From: Cyanophora paradoxa CCMP329
Taxonomy: Eukaryota > Plantae > Glaucophyta
Length of the DNA: 64,000 nucleotides
Assembly (NCBI GenBank): GCA_004431415.1
Contig: QPMI01000461.1
Coordinates: forward strand, 1-64,000
Direction of reading: 5' to 3'
This document shows positions 34,226 to 44,005 of this stretch, piece by piece (the first letter of the stretch is position 1; each line of letters starts with the position of its first letter). The position numbers and the translations under genes were made by a program. The notes under the pieces were generated by a model. The model searched no databases. It was given only the letters and a program-made list of their open reading frames with translations, and was not told the DNA's origin.

Positions 34226-35008
34226 ATGGATGATGTCCCCGAATTTAACGCTGGGGAAATGATAAAACCACCTTTTCGCGTCCTCGCAATCGGAAAATCA
34301 GCTACGGGCAAGTCAGAAGCGGTAAAGTATTGGTTAAAGCAACTTCACGATGCAAAAAAGATAGATGTGGTTCTCGTTGTAAGTGGGACATCATTCAATC
34401 ATTTTTGGAGAGAAGTTGCAACGTTGGAACTCGGTAAATGGGATGCGCCTTACATCGCTAAACTTCTCGATGAAAGACAAGAGAAAATAGAGAAAGGAGA
34501 ACCCGTTAACCAATTGTGTGTAGTTCTCGATGATCTTATAGATAATGAGATAGTCGATCTAACCCGCGACAAAATAATTGGCTCTCTTTACAGTCGTGGG
34601 CGCCATTCGAAAATTTCGATTATTTGCATAACTCAGAAACTGCGTAAGGTTTCTTCAACCATTCGCGTTAATTCGGATTATGCGATGTTTCTTAGCGCCG
34701 CCAATCGCAAAGAACTGGAAGCGATTGAAGAAGAATACAATATTATGCGGGATAAAGACGCTTTCTATAAGATGTTTGAGGAGTATGTACATTCCTATCA
34801 GTTTCTCATTTGGTCATCCGCTGATTATTCGGTAAAGTATTATGTAGATAAAGCGGAACTGGTTAAAAACTTTGGATTCCCACGGTTTCATCGGAAGCCC
34901 AAAAAGAAAGAAGATGAATTACAACCGCCACAGAAAGAAGAAGCGCCAAAAGAGATTAAAAGCGCTGTTCATACTAATAAGTTGATGCGATATAAGAGTG
35001 GACTTTAA
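34226..35008 (+). CDS. A32/FtsK-HerA-family genome packaging ATPase
   Basis: Walker A GKSATGKS, Walker B CVVLDD, RGRHSKISIICITQ. Confidence 0.95.
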   Translation: MDDVPEFNAGEMIKPPFRVLAIGKSATGKSEAVKYWLKQLHDAKKIDVVLVVSGTSFNHFWREVATLELGKWDAPYIAKLLDERQEKIEKGEPVNQLCVVLDDLIDNEIVDLTRDKIIGSLYSRGRHSKISIICITQKLRKVSSTIRVNSDYAMFLSAANRKELEAIEEEYNIMRDKDAFYKMFEEYVHSYQFLIWSSADYSVKYYVDKAELVKNFGFPRFHRKPKKKEDELQPPQKEEAPKEIKSAVHTNKLMRYKSGL

Positions 35009-35036
35009 AATTATCTTCATTATTATTAAAGATACA

Positions 35037-35768
35037 ATGCCGCCGAAACGTAGAGGTGTTCCCGCCGGTGCTATTTCATATTCTGGCGGTGAAAGTTATG
35101 GATCTCTCAATACTACACCAATGAAATTTGACGGAGTCAATCAAGTAAAAGCAACTCAACAAGAAGAAGACCCTTTAAATGCCGCTTATGAAGAAGCGCC
35201 CGGCGATAAAGCGCCTCAAACATCACAAAGTGATCAGTTGAACATCTCCCCCGAAGTCTCGAAGATGAAGGCGGTCGGTGAAGGTGCGCGTCGGATTATC
35301 GGTGCTGCCGATGATCGTGAACTTGGTCTACAAGATCTTGCACTTGCCCGCAAAGGTCAAGGTGTTTCGAAAGAATCGGACAAAGTTATTCAATCGATGG
35401 CGGGTGAAGTTACTTACAAGGTTGCGCCAACTCAAAACATCCACCGAATCCCGAAGGCTCAATGGGACGAGATGACCGCTAAACTAAAAGACCTTGAAGC
35501 AAAGTCAAGCGCGCTTGAACAGTATGTAACAGAGAAGAAAGAACGCGCTAAAATTAAGGAGATGCTGCGTAAAGAAGTTTTCCGAATGGGAATTACTGGT
35601 GTTCCCGATAAACAATTTATTGGTAAGAAAGAGACACAAATAGATGAGCAAGCGGTAGATGAAATGAAGACAAAGACACAAAAGGGAACCATTGAACCTG
35701 GCGCTACAAAAGCGGAAGTAGAGAAAGCCGTAGCACCAACAGTATACAAGCGGAGAGTTTGGTTATAA
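35037..35768 (+). CDS. Viral hypothetical protein with coiled coil
   Basis: Starts MPPKRRG; charged helical segment. Confidence 0.7.
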   Translation: MPPKRRGVPAGAISYSGGESYGSLNTTPMKFDGVNQVKATQQEEDPLNAAYEEAPGDKAPQTSQSDQLNISPEVSKMKAVGEGARRIIGAADDRELGLQDLALARKGQGVSKESDKVIQSMAGEVTYKVAPTQNIHRIPKAQWDEMTAKLKDLEAKSSALEQYVTEKKERAKIKEMLRKEVFRMGITGVPDKQFIGKKETQIDEQAVDEMKTKTQKGTIEPGATKAEVEKAVAPTVYKRRVWL

Positions 35769-35794
35769 ATATATATCTTTTAAAGAGGAAATCA

Positions 35795-36043
35795 ATGGAC
35801 TTTTTACAAAAGATCATAGAGATGTTTAATCTCCATGTGGTAAGCAACTGTCACAGTGGATGCTGTGATACAACCGTTGAGCTTGGTTTTTCAGATACCG
35901 AAGATAATGTGACGGAAGGTAGAGGATCCCGGAGACATTCGGTAGACTCCACCCATTCAGAACCGGCTTCAAATGGTCGCCGGTTTTCCGTAGATCAAAG
36001 CGATGATTTACGAAGACAAGCGTTTGAACATCGCGGTAATTAA
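35795..36043 (+). CDS. Small viral hypothetical protein
   Basis: MDFLQKIIEMFNLHVVSNCHSGCC; AT-rich leader. Confidence 0.55.
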   Translation: MDFLQKIIEMFNLHVVSNCHSGCCDTTVELGFSDTEDNVTEGRGSRRHSVDSTHSEPASNGRRFSVDQSDDLRRQAFEHRGN

Positions 36044-36245
36044 AATATTTGTAATAAGTATCGGAAAATGCTCGAAGAAGTCTATAATATTATCTTAGCG
36101 AAACATCAGATTTATGCCGTTAAATCTGCAATTGAAGAACGTAGACGGGAGCTTGTCCGGTCGCCAAAAATTGACAACCCAAAAAGGATTTAAAGGTACT
36201 GCGATATTACACACTGATAAAATATTTTCTCTGCTTAAAATAAGG

Positions 36246-38960
36246 ATGGCTGCGTTTGCCGATGATGTTAGCGTTGTTGAACTTGAATTTGATAGCGACG
36301 AATCCATGGATTCTCCCACTGCGAAAAATGTAACAAGCGCTGATGGTATCAGTTATAGAATCCGTAAAATCATTGCTCAACGCAATAGATATAATGAGGA
36401 TGCCGAATATCGCGAACTGAAAAAGAAGAAGGTATTAGAAGCGTATTACCGTCGTAAAGCGGAGGAGGGAACCAATATGGGAAAGCGTGGAAGACCGCGC
36501 AAGTATCAAGTAACTCGGGTTTATCTTGATCTTGATAGGTTCGTGGATTTGAAGCCAAATCTTGAAGACAACTACAAGGAAGCCGAAGAAATCGTTAGAG
36601 AGATGCGTGAGAAATTACATGATCTGACCGGCGCTACTATTGCTGTATCTGTTCGTCATCGTCGTGTTCACCTTCTAAAAGAAGATGTTGACAAATTTAA
36701 GGTCTCTGCCCATTTCGTTTTCACTGATCTCTGTTGTCGCCATGAAGATATCCCGAAACTCTTTAATGAAATGGGGCTTGTCAAAAATGTAGATTTCGAC
36801 AGTGGTGTTTATAGTACAGGTCAGAATCTTGTGTGTCTTGGTTGTTGCAAGGGAATAGATATAGATTTGGAGAACAAGAGGGCGCGCGATATTGATAAGA
36901 ACGTTCTATTTACTAAGTTCGTGGATTGCAAGAATATGCATGATAGCGATTTCTTCGTTCAATTTACCGATTGCCCCACATTGCTGGTAGACGAGACAAA
37001 CTTTCACGTCTTCTCAGTGAACAAAACAGAGAAGAAGGAAGCGGAGCCGAAGAAGGAAGCCGAACCAAAGAAGGAAGCGAAGCCGAAGAAGGAAACCAAG
37101 AAAACCACTAAAAAGGAAGCCAAGAAAGAAGAGGTGGAAGAGGTGGAAGAGGAAGAGAAAGGTGGAGAAATTACATTTGATCTTATGTACGCTGTTGTAA
37201 TGGGTCTGAATGCTGAACGTGCGGATACTTATAAATCCTGGATTGATACAGGCATTGCAATCATCAATGCTTGTGAAGACAACAAGATACCACGCAAGCA
37301 ACAATTCGAAATATTCCATGACTTCTCACAAAAAAGTGAAAAGTTTGATTACGACGAATGCAATGACAAGTTTATGAGTCTTTGCAAAGGCAAGAAGATG
37401 GTAGAAGGCAAACGGCTAACGTACGGTTCGCTGGTCTATTGGTTGAAAAAGGATGATATCGAACTTTATAATGAGTTGTTTCCCACCAAGTATGCATTCT
37501 TGCCCGAAGATTCCGACGACATCGATTATAAAACCGCAAAGATCCCACCAATCGTTGAGGATTACGCTACGCATCGTCTGTATTTCAATGCAAGGATGCA
37601 CCACATTGAAATGCTGGGTATTGTGATGCATTGGGATGAACAACAGCTTGCGTGGATCCCGAAAGATAGCCAAAAACTCGGCTCCAAACACTATCCCCAC
37701 CTGATGCATAAAATCGTTCTGAACAAGGGAACCGATAAAGAAGTTGAGAAATGGATCCCCTCATTTCCGGAATGGATCAAAGACCCACAGGCGACACGTT
37801 CCATGTACGTGGATTTCCTCCCGCCTCCGGCTAAACTGAGCGCCAAATGCAAATCTGTGTTTAATCTGTATCCTGGCTTTAAGATTGATCATGAGGTAGA
37901 TGAAATCAAGGAAACACTACCGGAAGATGTGACCGAAGATATGATTAAGCCGTTTCTCACACATCTTCACCTGATGTCGGGAGAAGACGATAACACATAC
38001 CAATACCTTCTTAAATGGTTCGCACACATGATGCAAAAACCTGGTGAACTTAACGGAGTGTCAATTATCCTAATTGGTGAACAAGGCACCGGTAAAAACG
38101 TGTTGTTTGATCTGTTCGAGAAAAGCATTCTGGGTGATGCTCTTTCATATTCGACCGGCAAACCGAAAGATGACCTGTTTGGGCGCTTTGCTCACAATCG
38201 CGAAGACAAGATCTTAATAGTTGTTAATGAGGCATCGGGTAAAGACACATTCGAAAATAGCGATATTCTTAAAGACCTTGTCACTACTAAAAAAATTACT
38301 ATTGAACACAAGGGAATAGATTCATACGACAAAAAGAATTTCGCGCGTATTGTGTTTACAAGTAACAACAGTGTCCCTGTGAAGATCGAAGCGGGTGACC
38401 GTCGATTTGTTGTAGTGGAAGTGAGTAAACGATACTGTAAGAATGTGGAGTACTTCACACCTCTTCTGAAATGGCTGAATGACATAAGGAATATCCGCAA
38501 CATCACCCACTTCTTGCGCACAAAGGTGGATTGTGATAATATTAACTGGCAGGAAGAAAGACCCAAGACCAATAAGTATTATCTGGTTCAGCAAATCTCC
38601 GCACCTATCATTCTCATGTTTGCAAAGTGGTTAATGGATAGTGGGGAGATTACCGAAATCAAGTGTAAGTTAAGCGGTCTTGCTTCTACATGGGAGTTAT
38701 TCAAGACCTTCATTACGGAAAATAAATATAAGAACGACTACAACAGTAAGCGGTTCTATACGGAGATGCGAGGCACTTCATACATTCTTGTGAAAACCGC
38801 AAATGGTAAACCATACTACCATTTCATCTGGAACGAAATGCTGGCGGAATTCCGTAAGTTGAAGCTAATTGATGATGATTCGATTAAGGAAGAACCTAAC
38901 CCCAAGATTCCCGCCAAGAAAGCTGGGACGAAATTCGAAGATTCCGACGTTGAAGCGTAA
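36246..38960 (+). CDS. AEP primase-polymerase + PriCT-2 + SF3 (D5-like) helicase
   Basis: RVYLDLD, KVSAHFVF, DSGVYS (AEP motifs); YKSWIDTGIAI (PriCT-2); GEQGTGKN, IVVNEA, FTSNN, DRRF (SF3). Confidence 0.92.
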   Translation: MAAFADDVSVVELEFDSDESMDSPTAKNVTSADGISYRIRKIIAQRNRYNEDAEYRELKKKKVLEAYYRRKAEEGTNMGKRGRPRKYQVTRVYLDLDRFVDLKPNLEDNYKEAEEIVREMREKLHDLTGATIAVSVRHRRVHLLKEDVDKFKVSAHFVFTDLCCRHEDIPKLFNEMGLVKNVDFDSGVYSTGQNLVCLGCCKGIDIDLENKRARDIDKNVLFTKFVDCKNMHDSDFFVQFTDCPTLLVDETNFHVFSVNKTEKKEAEPKKEAEPKKEAKPKKETKKTTKKEAKKEEVEEVEEEEKGGEITFDLMYAVVMGLNAERADTYKSWIDTGIAIINACEDNKIPRKQQFEIFHDFSQKSEKFDYDECNDKFMSLCKGKKMVEGKRLTYGSLVYWLKKDDIELYNELFPTKYAFLPEDSDDIDYKTAKIPPIVEDYATHRLYFNARMHHIEMLGIVMHWDEQQLAWIPKDSQKLGSKHYPHLMHKIVLNKGTDKEVEKWIPSFPEWIKDPQATRSMYVDFLPPPAKLSAKCKSVFNLYPGFKIDHEVDEIKETLPEDVTEDMIKPFLTHLHLMSGEDDNTYQYLLKWFAHMMQKPGELNGVSIILIGEQGTGKNVLFDLFEKSILGDALSYSTGKPKDDLFGRFAHNREDKILIVVNEASGKDTFENSDILKDLVTTKKITIEHKGIDSYDKKNFARIVFTSNNSVPVKIEAGDRRFVVVEVSKRYCKNVEYFTPLLKWLNDIRNIRNITHFLRTKVDCDNINWQEERPKTNKYYLVQQISAPIILMFAKWLMDSGEITEIKCKLSGLASTWELFKTFITENKYKNDYNSKRFYTEMRGTSYILVKTANGKPYYHFIWNEMLAEFRKLKLIDDDSIKEEPNPKIPAKKAGTKFEDSDVEA

Positions 38961-39197
38961 CAAATCACACCCCACCCTACACCCCACCCTACACCACACC
39001 ACACATAACCTCCTTGCATTTTCTTATTTTTATAAACTATTTTATAGATTGATTTGTATGTGAATATAGTAAATAATAGAGAAGGTGGGGGGGTGGGGTG
39101 TGGTGGGGTCAAATTTTAAGAAAAGTTGGGGACGCTCAAAATTCTAAGGAATTTCAAAAATATGCCCCACCTGACCCCACCCGCCCACCCTATCGAA
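38961..39197. repeat. Internal copy of the G/C-box motif found in the TIRs
   Basis: GGTGGGGTGTGGTGGGGTCAAATTT...ATGCCCCACC.GACCCCACC matches 55800-55910. Confidence 0.85.
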
Positions 39198-39239
39198 CGC
39201 GTTGAATATCCAAAATAAAAATGTTCCTTTATAATAAAG

Positions 39240-42200
39240 ATGCCCCGCCAAACTAATCGACTCATCAAAGAAAAGAAAAATGAAATTATCGGATTGTTAG
39301 GAACTCTCTTAGTAACCGGTGAGATTACCGAAGCGGAATTCGATAGAGAAGCCGCCATTTTAGATAGAAGACCACGATTAGGTCAACTCACAGAAATAGC
39401 AAATGATCTTTATGATCGTATGCAGAGAATGGAGGAATTTATGGGTGAAGGACAAAGATTAGGAGCAATTGACCCGGACATTGAAGATGGACAAGCAATG
39501 AATCAAGCGTATTCATGGTTAACTTATCGCGCCCGAAACGAAGTAGTTGTAGATGCTATCGATTTTCTTGAAAGAATCGCACCAAGTCTACCGCAACGCA
39601 TTAAAACCCGCTTAGATCAACTAAGAGCGGTTAAGGTTCGTCTAACTTTCGTTTGTAGATTTACCAAAGTTGCAAATCCTCGAATCTTTATAACGAAATT
39701 CATACATAGCGATTATTTTGTAATCACTAAATCCCGTAACATTAACACCGAAGTCCGTAAAGCATTACAGAAAATGCAAGAAGAAATGATCCAAGTAGAT
39801 AGTTACCGTTTACAACGCATCGAAATACTTAGAGGTGTCATTATGTCATATGCGCCGGTTGGCGGTTGTTATTTCGCAACTCCCGAATGGATCGCATCTA
39901 AAAAAGCTACAGTAAACGTAAAAAATATCGATGGACAAGATTGTTTTAAATATGCTATTTTGGCTTACCTACATCGAAAGGATATAAACAAACACAAGAG
40001 TAATGAACCTTATCAATATCGCAGATGGTTAAACGAACTCAATTTTGACGGTATTCAGTTCCCGGTAGCATGTGATGCTGAGGTAATCGATCGTTTCGAA
40101 GAATTGAACCCGGAACTCTCTATTAATATTTACGGTGCTGATAATGAGAAACAGTGTTTTTATCCTCTTCATCAATCAAGTAACCCAAGACGAAAGACCA
40201 AGATTAACCTTTTACTCATCGAAAACACCGAAGACGATAGGGGACACTACATTACAATCATGTCATTTAGTCGTCTTTTAAAGACCACTTTCGATAAAGC
40301 ATGTGATGGGCGCATTTACTATTGTGAAACCTGTCTATCGCGTTTCAGAACTCAGGAGAAATTAGACCTACATATAGAAGCAAACCGCTGTATCGATTGG
40401 AGGGAGAGCAAAGGCAAATGTCCGAAGCCCGGAAGTACAATAGAATTCGGTCTACAACATCTACGTAAAACGGTCTGGCTCCCTGTGATCTGTTATGTTA
40501 AAATTGAAGATCATTCGGTAGCAATAGATGCACTGAGAAGTAAAAGAGAGATTAAAGCAGTCTCACTGAGAGTGATTATGGGTGAAGAAATGAAACTATA
40601 CCATTTTGAAGGAAATGATCCACTCAGTTCTTTATTTGCAACTCTACAAGAGATCAGACCCGAAGTAATTGAAACGCTTTTTAGAAATATCCCAATGCAT
40701 CCACTCACAGAAGATCAAAAGGCGGAATACAAGATAACAAAACACTGTTATATTTGTTCTCAGAGATTCACCCACGAAAACTTCCCGGTTCGCGATCATT
40801 GTCACCAATCTGGTGATTTTATCGGCAAAGCATGCCGAAACTGTAACCTTCACCGCCGAATCTCAAAACAAAGCAAAGTAGCTATCGTGGTTGATAAAAT
40901 GGATGAATGTGGACACGGGATATTCCGCAAGATCGCACAACAAGACGATAAACTACGTGTGGAAATTTTAAGCAAGAACTTTAATCAATACCTATCCCTT
41001 CAATGGGGTATGTGGAAATTCATAGATGCATCACATTTTATGGATTTCCAAAGTGAGAATGTCGATGATCTTATGTCTAAATTCGAGAATTTCCGTAAAC
41101 TTGCATATTCTCAATATGGATTAGATCCCGCACATTACGTTAGCGCACCTGGTTTATCCTGGGACGCAATGCTTAGACACACAAAAGTAAAGATTGAACT
41201 TATCGATGATGTAGAGAAATACGAATTTATTGAGAAAGCCATTCGCGGTGGATTTGCAACCATGCCCACACGATATGCAAAGGTAGAAGAACCCGATGAT
41301 CACATAGTATTGTTGGACGCGAATAATCTTTACGGTTATGCACTTAGCCAACCACTACCGATTGGAGATTATCGATGGGAAGAGATCACAGAGGCACTTA
41401 AAGAGGTTGAAGGGCGAAGCGCATTTATTGAAGTTGATCTTGAATACCCGACATTCCTTGAAGATCATTATGATTTCCCACTCATTGTGAATAAAGAATT
41501 GATTACCAAAGATATGCTCGGAGATTATCAACGAAAACTATTAGATTTGACGGGCGAAAAGATTAGCAAAGACCCCAAACTCACAGCGTCTTTTACACCT
41601 AAATATAAGTACGTGATTGCTCGACCTCTTCTTAACTACATCGTCGAAAAAGGTGTAATAATTACTAAGATACATAAAGTTCTCTCATTTGCAACCTCAC
41701 CATTCATGAAATCTTATATTGGTCTTAATACTCTACTACGCCACGAATCAACTAACAATTTCGAAAGTGACTTTTTCAAACTAATGAACAATGCAATTTA
41801 TGGGAAATGTTTGGAATCTTGTAGGGGTCGCTCAACTGTCAAGATCGCTAACAGCGAGAAATTGTGTAAGAAATACGCAGCAAGTCCGCTTATCAAGGCA
41901 ACAAATGTAATAAACGAAAATGCGGTTGCCTTTGAGATGTATTCGAAGCATGTAAACTTAGATAAACCCGTAGCAATTGGCGCTTTCGTTTTGGATTTCG
42001 CGAAACTACATAATTATCAATTCTTCTATGATGTGATCAGGAAGAAATGGGATTCAGCTAAACTACTATTTCATGATACCGATTCGTTTTGTTTGTTCCT
42101 AAAAACCAAGAATCTCAATGAAGATATGAAAGCAATAGGTGAACATCTCGATAGAAGTAACTATGATAAATCACATCCTCTAATGAATATTGAGAATCGC

Positions 42201-42521
42201 ATGGTACCTGGTAAATATAAAAATGAGTTTCCAAATGCGAAGATCGTAGAGTATGTAGGTCTGAGATCGAAACTTTACGCTTTCAGAACTGAGACCAACG
42301 AAAAAGTAAAGATGTCGGGGACTTCTTCGAAAGAAGTTCACTTTGACGATTTTAAGAAATGTCTATTTGAAGGCATCACAAAAACAGTAACAGTAAGAAA
42401 CAAGCAACGACAAGACCACAACTTATATGACTTGGAGAGCAGAAGGGTGGCTCTAAACCAACTCGATAGCAAACGGAAAATATTTGACGACGGCATTCAC
42501 AGTTTCCCATTTGGTGTCTGA
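39240..42521 (+). CDS. polB: Protein-primed family B DNA polymerase with vOTU-like N-terminal region and endonuclease VII-like insertion
   Basis: DANNLYG, KLMNNAIYGK, FHDTDS, GLRSKLY; CYIC...VRDHCH.SG.FIGKACRNCN; NIDGQDCFKYA...GHY. Confidence 0.95.
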   Translation: MPRQTNRLIKEKKNEIIGLLGTLLVTGEITEAEFDREAAILDRRPRLGQLTEIANDLYDRMQRMEEFMGEGQRLGAIDPDIEDGQAMNQAYSWLTYRARNEVVVDAIDFLERIAPSLPQRIKTRLDQLRAVKVRLTFVCRFTKVANPRIFITKFIHSDYFVITKSRNINTEVRKALQKMQEEMIQVDSYRLQRIEILRGVIMSYAPVGGCYFATPEWIASKKATVNVKNIDGQDCFKYAILAYLHRKDINKHKSNEPYQYRRWLNELNFDGIQFPVACDAEVIDRFEELNPELSINIYGADNEKQCFYPLHQSSNPRRKTKINLLLIENTEDDRGHYITIMSFSRLLKTTFDKACDGRIYYCETCLSRFRTQEKLDLHIEANRCIDWRESKGKCPKPGSTIEFGLQHLRKTVWLPVICYVKIEDHSVAIDALRSKREIKAVSLRVIMGEEMKLYHFEGNDPLSSLFATLQEIRPEVIETLFRNIPMHPLTEDQKAEYKITKHCYICSQRFTHENFPVRDHCHQSGDFIGKACRNCNLHRRISKQSKVAIVVDKMDECGHGIFRKIAQQDDKLRVEILSKNFNQYLSLQWGMWKFIDASHFMDFQSENVDDLMSKFENFRKLAYSQYGLDPAHYVSAPGLSWDAMLRHTKVKIELIDDVEKYEFIEKAIRGGFATMPTRYAKVEEPDDHIVLLDANNLYGYALSQPLPIGDYRWEEITEALKEVEGRSAFIEVDLEYPTFLEDHYDFPLIVNKELITKDMLGDYQRKLLDLTGEKISKDPKLTASFTPKYKYVIARPLLNYIVEKGVIITKIHKVLSFATSPFMKSYIGLNTLLRHESTNNFESDFFKLMNNAIYGKCLESCRGRSTVKIANSEKLCKKYAASPLIKATNVINENAVAFEMYSKHVNLDKPVAIGAFVLDFAKLHNYQFFYDVIRKKWDSAKLLFHDTDSFCLFLKTKNLNEDMKAIGEHLDRSNYDKSHPLMNIENRMVPGKYKNEFPNAKIVEYVGLRSKLYAFRTETNEKVKMSGTSSKEVHFDDFKKCLFEGITKTVTVRNKQRQDHNLYDLESRRVALNQLDSKRKIFDDGIHSFPFGV

Positions 42522-42706
42522 TATACTTGTTCAATACTTCTCTTTTTATTTTTGCGATCCCCAAGAAGTAATAAACCTCGGATCAGATGTAATAACCATA
42601 TGCACTTTAACCCCGGGTCTGTCCGTGCAATCTCAAAGTAATTTGGTATCGGGTGTTCTGTCCAAACCGGATTATCCATTATTAATATATTGAAAATAAA
42701 GTAAAG

Positions 42707-44005
42707 ATGCCCTCAGCACAGATTGGTTTAAGAGCAACTCCAAAAATCGTAAAGAAAAGTTTAAAAGATGATCAAGGTTTCACACTACCTATAACCATTC
42801 CCGTCGAAGAAAAGAACACACGAATCTTAAAGAAGTCTGAGATGGTTAAAGAACTGATCCCGAAAGCATTACCTACTGAGACTGTAACGAAAGAATCAAA
42901 GATCGCGAAGAAATTCTATGATCCGCGCACCGGTTATAAAGGTTTTGGTGCAATGAGAAAAGAACTTCCAGAGGAAAACTACAAGAAGATGAAAGAATGG
43001 TATGATAAACAGGAAGTCGTTCAGATTAACGCGCCAACCCTTTCAAGAAAGAGAGACCCAATGATACCAATTAGGCAACCTCTCGATACCTACGTAATCG
43101 ATCTTCTGTTTTTTCCGGCTTATAAGAAACAAAACGACGGTTACGATACATTTATGTCCGCGATGGAATCAACGCTTAGAACGGGTTTTATCATTCCAAT
43201 GAGAGATAAGAGCGCAATTACGGCTCTTTCAGCGTTTCAGCAACTACAACAAAGAGTTCCGCGACCAATTGTACGCGTTCAAAGCGATAGTGGAAGCGAA
43301 TTTACAAATACAATGTTTACCTCATACCTTGCTAAAAAGTTCATCGATCATCAGATTAGCGATGTCGCAGATCATCGCAGCCAAGGTAGAATCGAAGCGT
43401 TTAACAAGCAGATCAAACGATTGATCACGAACTATTGCATCGCAAACAACACCGCGCGTTTCTTCGATGTATTGGGTGACATAGAGTATAATTATAATCA
43501 TACTGTCCATTCAGCGACTAAAAGAAAACCCGCAGAAACCACAGATGAGCATTATAGAGAAATTATAGGTTTAGAAGATGAAAAGTTTAAGAAGTCGATG
43601 GCTTACTTAGATGGTATCAAACAGGGTATGTTTGTGAGAGTGAGAATAGAAAAGAATCCGTTCGCTAAACAGGGTGTCAATTGGTCGCGAATCGTCTATA
43701 CTGTTGAAGGTCGTGAAGGTTTCAAGTTCAGATTACGAAATCCAAATGGTGAAATTGTCGAAGGGAGGTTTGCTTTCCACGAACTGTTACCGATTACAGG
43801 TGTTGAATACCACGAAGTACCAACAGTGGATGCACTCAAACAAGCAAAAGAAGAAGCACGGGTTGATTCGGCGATTCGTAAGGAAGGCATCGAAAAAGCG
43901 GATGATGTCCCAGAAGAACCGCTTTTACAAGAAAGATTAAAGAAAAAAAACAAAGTAACAAGAGAATTAAAGAAACTTACAATTAATGGAACTGAAAAAC
44001 TCTAA
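42707..44005 (+). CDS. Retroviral-type (rve, DDE) integrase
   Basis: YVIDL, VQSDSGSEF, GRIEAFNK, YNHTVHSATKRKP; consistent with the 6-bp TSD. Confidence 0.95.
   Translation: MPSAQIGLRATPKIVKKSLKDDQGFTLPITIPVEEKNTRILKKSEMVKELIPKALPTETVTKESKIAKKFYDPRTGYKGFGAMRKELPEENYKKMKEWYDKQEVVQINAPTLSRKRDPMIPIRQPLDTYVIDLLFFPAYKKQNDGYDTFMSAMESTLRTGFIIPMRDKSAITALSAFQQLQQRVPRPIVRVQSDSGSEFTNTMFTSYLAKKFIDHQISDVADHRSQGRIEAFNKQIKRLITNYCIANNTARFFDVLGDIEYNYNHTVHSATKRKPAETTDEHYREIIGLEDEKFKKSMAYLDGIKQGMFVRVRIEKNPFAKQGVNWSRIVYTVEGREGFKFRLRNPNGEIVEGRFAFHELLPITGVEYHEVPTVDALKQAKEEARVDSAIRKEGIEKADDVPEEPLLQERLKKKNKVTRELKKLTINGTEKL

Noticed and set aside
42497-42679. 60-aa minus-strand ORF between polB and integrase
   Set aside because: No recognisable motif; could be real but is unsupported
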